Origin: Patescibacteria group bacterium
Lineage (GTDB): Bacteria; Patescibacteriota; Patescibacteriia; UBA9934; CAMTUG01
Direction: 5' to 3'
Assembly: GCA_038056005.1 (NCBI GenBank)
Contig: JBBUGS010000050.1
Span: 1 to 36,089 of the forward strand
Length of the DNA: 36,089 nucleotides
Positions within the stretch are counted from its first letter, which is position 1. Every line of letters begins with the position of its first letter. Below the pieces are notes generated by a model, which made no database searches, was not told the DNA's origin, and saw nothing but the letters and a program-made list of their open reading frames with translations. Of this stretch, positions 32,416-36,089 are shown one piece after another. The position numbers and the translations under genes are program-made.

Positions 32416-32450
32416 GGCCTCCTTTCTCGGAGGCCTTCGACGTTTTATTG
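32416..32450 (+). terminator. rho-independent terminator of the DnaN-like cassette
   Basis: GGCCTCC (32416-32422), loop TTTCTC, GGAGGCC (32429-32435), followed by TTCGACGTTTTATTGTTT. Confidence 0.65.
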
Positions 32451-33416
32451 TTTGAAAACTTGTCTGATAACTTCGTCGATAGCGATTTCTTCAATCAACA
32501 AATCAGCCACCGCGAATTTCTCGAGCAATTGTTTGGCTACAACGGGCACATCTTTTCGTGACACGTGAAGTGTCGTTTGGAGTGAGGAGTGCCGATCAAC
32601 GCGACCAAACGCCTTAAGATCATCGCGCCTTACAGGTTCGGTAAAGGTCACCGTAATTTCTTTGTGATCAGCAACGGACTGCACCAATTTCTCCAGAGGA
32701 CCATCATATTTAAGTGTGCCATCACCAATCACCATCACGCGTTCGCAAAGGGCTTCAACGTCGGCCATGGCGTGCGAAGTAAGAATAATCGTCGCCCCGT
32801 GTTCTTTATTCCACTTTTTCAAAAAATCGCGAATCGCTTTTTGTGAAACAACATCCAGACCAATCGTTGGCTCGTCTAGGAACAAGACCTTAGGTTCATG
32901 CAGTAAAGCATTAATGAGCTCGCATTTCATGCGCTCGCCGAGCGATAGACGATTCACTGGGACTGTAAACAAATGCCCAATGTTCAGAAGTTCGCCAAAT
33001 TGCTTTAAGCGCTTCTTAAATTCCTTCTCAGGAATCTCGTAAATCTCTTTGTTAAGTAAAAACGAATCGTGGGCAGGCAAATCCCACCAGAGCTGGTTTT
33101 TCTGTCCAAGCACAATAGCAAAATTGCGTTGAAAACGAGCCTCGCGCTTCCATGGCACATGGCCCATCACGGTCGCTTCACCAGACGTTGGCCAAAGAAT
33201 CCCCGAAAGCATTTTAAGTGTCGTTGTCTTGCCTGCACCGTTTGGACCAATGAAGCCGACAAACTCGCCTTCTTCAATTTGAAACGAGATGTCGTTGACC
33301 GCTGAGACAATCTTTTTCTCGCGGCGACCAATTGATTTCAACGTCCCTAAAAACCCTGGCTCCTTTTTGTAAGAGACGTACGTCTTGGTGAGATGTTGAA
33401 CGTTAATGATAGCCAT
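32445..33416 (-). CDS. ABC transporter ATP-binding protein (COG4586-like)
   Basis: Walker A GPNGAGKTT, signature LSLGERM, Walker B LFLDEPTIGLD, H-loop TSHAM. Confidence 0.93.
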   Translation of the reverse strand: MAIINVQHLTKTYVSYKKEPGFLGTLKSIGRREKKIVSAVNDISFQIEEGEFVGFIGPNGAGKTTTLKMLSGILWPTSGEATVMGHVPWKREARFQRNFAIVLGQKNQLWWDLPAHDSFLLNKEIYEIPEKEFKKRLKQFGELLNIGHLFTVPVNRLSLGERMKCELINALLHEPKVLFLDEPTIGLDVVSQKAIRDFLKKWNKEHGATIILTSHAMADVEALCERVMVIGDGTLKYDGPLEKLVQSVADHKEITVTFTEPVRRDDLKAFGRVDRHSSLQTTLHVSRKDVPVVAKQLLEKFAVADLLIEEIAIDEVIRQVFKQ

Positions 33417-33419
33417 AGA

Positions 33420-34214
33420 TTATCCACTGGCAGAAGTATAGTGCCTGAGCCCTGCTCGCCACAAGGTGAGACCTAAAGCTAACCAAGCAAAGGCGATGAT
33501 CGCGCCCCACAACAACACGTGTGGTGAGGCAAGACCCATCAACGTTTTGGCGGGAAAAGAAACAATAGCAAGTACTGGAATCACAAAGGTGAAGAATGCT
33601 CGAAACCCGTTTGGAAAGATTTCAATGGGAAAACGCGCCACATAGACCGAATCGCGATACAAAGCCCAGGCGCTCTCGTTTTCTGTTGTCCAAAAGGCCA
33701 CCGATGCCATACATAAGTTAATTGAAAAAGCGATAACAATTGAAAAAAGAAAAAGAACGGCAGCGCTGATAGCCATCAGTAAGGTTGGTTGTGTCGGCAG
33801 CATTGTCCAAGCGACAATAATATAAGCAATTCCAACTGGAAGGGTGATGAAATCAAACAGATCAAGTTGCATCGCCGCAGTCTTGAACAACGGTGATACC
33901 GGTTGAACTAAAAACATGTCGAATTTACCACGACGAATCCAATCCTTAATGTTATACATTCCCCGATACCACAGCGCCTGGGTCAACATATCGATCATGT
34001 TCATCATCGCGAAGAGCATCAGAACCTGCCCTTCAGAATAACCCACGATCGTGTTGGTGTGATTAAAAAGCGAGACTGCAAGGATCACAAAAAATCCAAG
34101 TCGCAGCAGTTTGCCAAAAATAAACGTCACTAAATCTGCTCGCGATGCTGCGTACAGGGCAAAGCGATTCACTGCTGCTTGTCTAAACAAACGAATGTAA
34201 CGCTTAACTCCCAT
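33420..34214 (-). CDS. ABC-2 family transporter permease
   Basis: 264 aa with 6 predicted TM segments. It sits in an operon with the ATPase and overlaps the upstream permease by 11 nt. Confidence 0.8.
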   Translation of the reverse strand: MGVKRYIRLFRQAAVNRFALYAASRADLVTFIFGKLLRLGFFVILAVSLFNHTNTIVGYSEGQVLMLFAMMNMIDMLTQALWYRGMYNIKDWIRRGKFDMFLVQPVSPLFKTAAMQLDLFDFITLPVGIAYIIVAWTMLPTQPTLLMAISAAVLFLFSIVIAFSINLCMASVAFWTTENESAWALYRDSVYVARFPIEIFPNGFRAFFTFVIPVLAIVSFPAKTLMGLASPHVLLWGAIIAFAWLALGLTLWRAGLRHYTSASG

Positions 34215-34998
34215 AGGCCACGTACGATTTAGTTCCTTTGCGCCACAGCACCGTCAGAACAATTAGAGAAACGGCTATCCAAGACCATTGAGTCAGCAGT
34301 GTTAAAAGAAAAGTTGATGGACTCAAATGTCCTAAGTAGGATTCAACGGGAGAGGCAATGAGCGACGGAAACGGTGTGGCATAAAAAATCGTCTGAGCCC
34401 AATGGGGCATTAAAGCGATCGGTAATGCTGCACCGGACAGGAACCGCGTACAGATCATGAAAAGCCACCGCGGGCCAAACCCACGCTCAGTCCAGAACGA
34501 AAGTGCGGCAGCGATAAAATCAAAACAAGTGATCATGGCGAGAGAACCAAGGCAGAGCACTGCCGTCTGGAGCAAAACCATGGGGTTCGTCTGTAATAAA
34601 ACATCATCTGAGACCGTTAAAGAAAGCAGCACGATCTCCCCAAAGGCAATTACTAATAACACCGAACGGACTGCCGCTCCACGGGCAATCCAATAGTAAA
34701 AGTAGTTGATGGGGCGAAGGAGGTAGTTGACCAGGTCGCCTTCGACGATTTCGTCAGCCATCTGATCCATCACGTTGGTGAACAAGGTCGCGGCCAAGAG
34801 CGAAGTGCCAAGGATGTAAGTGACTAACTCAGCGGTCGAATAGCCGCCGATCGCGCCACCAAGTGACCGATAGAGTAAGATCAACGTCCCAAACCAGATC
34901 AGCACGTTGATGGCACCTAATAGCAAGTTGGTGCGATAAACCAACGCCTTAGACAAGGCTAGTCGATACGCCATCAAGTATTTACGAAGTCGGTGCAT
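34204..34998 (-). CDS. ABC-2 family transporter permease
   Basis: 264 aa and polytopic. It is a paralogous partner of the adjacent permease. Confidence 0.8.
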   Translation of the reverse strand: MHRLRKYLMAYRLALSKALVYRTNLLLGAINVLIWFGTLILLYRSLGGAIGGYSTAELVTYILGTSLLAATLFTNVMDQMADEIVEGDLVNYLLRPINYFYYWIARGAAVRSVLLVIAFGEIVLLSLTVSDDVLLQTNPMVLLQTAVLCLGSLAMITCFDFIAAALSFWTERGFGPRWLFMICTRFLSGAALPIALMPHWAQTIFYATPFPSLIASPVESYLGHLSPSTFLLTLLTQWSWIAVSLIVLTVLWRKGTKSYVAYGS

Positions 34999-35015
34999 GC
35001 GGATTGTGTAGAGGT

Positions 35016-36089
35016 CTAAGAGACCGTGCCTCCAAACTCACCTATCAAATCAGCAATGAGCTCATCTTGTTCTTGATGTACAACTTCAGCCATGATCGCC
35101 ACGTTTTCTCCAACAAGTTTGCTCAAAATATCAGCAATGATTCCGCGGTTCTTGGGCTCATTCAACTTGTCGGCAATGAAGCCGATCTTGGTGCCTATGC
35201 GGAGAGTTGCGCCGTCCATTTCTAACAACTGCACACCTTGAAGAATAACAGGCAATGTCCCACTCACTTCCATGAGGGCATTGCAGCATTCGGACCACTT
35301 GGATTTGATGGTGTCGAGGGGAACGGTGGCTGCAGAAGCATTTGCTCTAGGTTTTTCCGAGGGCGCTTGAGGAGCTGGGCTCAATGCCTCAGGCTCTGAG
35401 TCCTTCTTTGGCACGACGACAGGAGTGGGTATTGGCGCAACACTTACGGGTGCGGCTGAGGCGCTTATGTTTCCTTCGGCGGCCAGCAACTCAAGCGGTA
35501 GCTGAGGAATGCGATCATTGCGAAAGACCACTCGATATTCTAAGAGGCGCTGAATGAGTTGCTGAAGTTGAGACACACCGGAGGTCTCGGCGATCTTTAC
35601 CAAGCGAAGCGTTGCTTCTTTATCGTAGGAACTAAGCGGTGCGCTGCCGAGCGACGCAAGCAAGCTGTAACGCAAAGCTTCAAGAATTTCATCTTCGAGC
35701 GGACCAATCCGCGTGCCATCACTGGCCGCTTTGGACACAACCGTAATCGCTTCTGCAGCTTGATGTCGCGAAAGCGCCTCAAGGTAATCGAGCACCAAAC
35801 TAATGTTAGTGCGTGGAATGACCAACGATGCTTCCTCCATGGTAATTTTTTTGTCGCCACCGATCGCCAAAATTTGTCCAAACAAACTTTCGGCATCACG
35901 CAGACATCCTTCAGAAAGACGCGCGATGGCATCGAGGACTTCATCTTCAATTTTTACCGACTCGCCTTTGGCAATCATCTTAAGACGCTCAACAATATCA
36001 ACCACATTCAATCGATGAAAATCAAAGCGCTGACAGCGCGATAAAATCGTTTCCGGAACTTTGTGAAGTTCGGTGGTGGCCAAAATAAA
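35016..36089 (-). CDS. dnaX: DNA polymerase III subunit gamma/tau, C-terminal part (5' end outside the window)
   Basis: The frame is open to the window end. FILATTELHKVPETILSRCQRFDFHRL is the clamp-loader sensor-1/SRC region and is followed by domain III. A Pro/Ala-rich linker is also present. Confidence 0.9.
   Translation of the reverse strand, partial: FILATTELHKVPETILSRCQRFDFHRLNVVDIVERLKMIAKGESVKIEDEVLDAIARLSEGCLRDAESLFGQILAIGGDKKITMEEASLVIPRTNISLVLDYLEALSRHQAAEAITVVSKAASDGTRIGPLEDEILEALRYSLLASLGSAPLSSYDKEATLRLVKIAETSGVSQLQQLIQRLLEYRVVFRNDRIPQLPLELLAAEGNISASAAPVSVAPIPTPVVVPKKDSEPEALSPAPQAPSEKPRANASAATVPLDTIKSKWSECCNALMEVSGTLPVILQGVQLLEMDGATLRIGTKIGFIADKLNEPKNRGIIADILSKLVGENVAIMAEVVHQEQDELIADLIGEFGGTVS

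Noticed and set aside
31769-32494. 241-aa minus-strand ORF antisense to the DnaN-like gene
   Set aside because: This is a typical open antisense frame in GC-rich coding DNA. It has no homology signal and would overlap the ABC ATPase 3' end. The plus frame has clear clamp-family blocks.

Overview
This window looks like part of a small, gene-dense bacterial chromosome of roughly 50% GC. Genes are tightly packed with many ATGA-type start/stop overlaps. Several core proteins are domain-reduced: RpoA has no alpha-CTD, AlaRS has no C-Ala domain, and the PriA-like protein has no ATPase motifs. I infer, but cannot prove from the sequence, that this fits a reduced-genome Patescibacteria/CPR-like lineage.

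Recognisable content, in order:
- a LigB/MEMO-like gene, a priA-like gene, def and fmt
- a minus-strand envelope-glycan locus: O-antigen-ligase-like, pseudouridine synthase, GT2, GT4 and a Wzx-like flippase
- the ribosomal/RNAP cluster infA-rpmJ-rpsM-rpsK-rpsD-rpoA-rplQ-rplM-rpsI
- alaS
- murJ, a CARDB/TSP3/PKD surface protein and a GT2
- a RumA-type RNA methyltransferase and era
- a thioredoxin-like protein and a beta-CASP MBL nuclease
- a late riboflavin operon: riboflavin kinase, ribE, ribH and an unknown 171-aa ORF
- an orphan carrier protein, an alpha/beta hydrolase and an Nramp-like transporter
- tRNA-Gln(CUG)
- two secreted or anchored proteins
- an ABC-2 transporter operon following a truncated dnaX

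I saw no rRNA, CRISPR array, transposase or integrase.

The most unusual signal is three separate single-gene cassettes whose ORFs are much more GC-rich than the flanks. Hand counts of sample 60-nt lines give 63-72% in the cassettes and about 33-55% in flanking genes. Each cassette has its own host-style TTGAC-17/18-TAnnn promoter and a Shine-Dalgarno site, and each ORF is followed by hairpins. The largest encodes a highly divergent orphan DnaN-fold (beta sliding clamp-like) protein. The other two encode small proteins I cannot place in any family. Other points worth a second look are near-leaderless promoters and two long structured intergenic elements.
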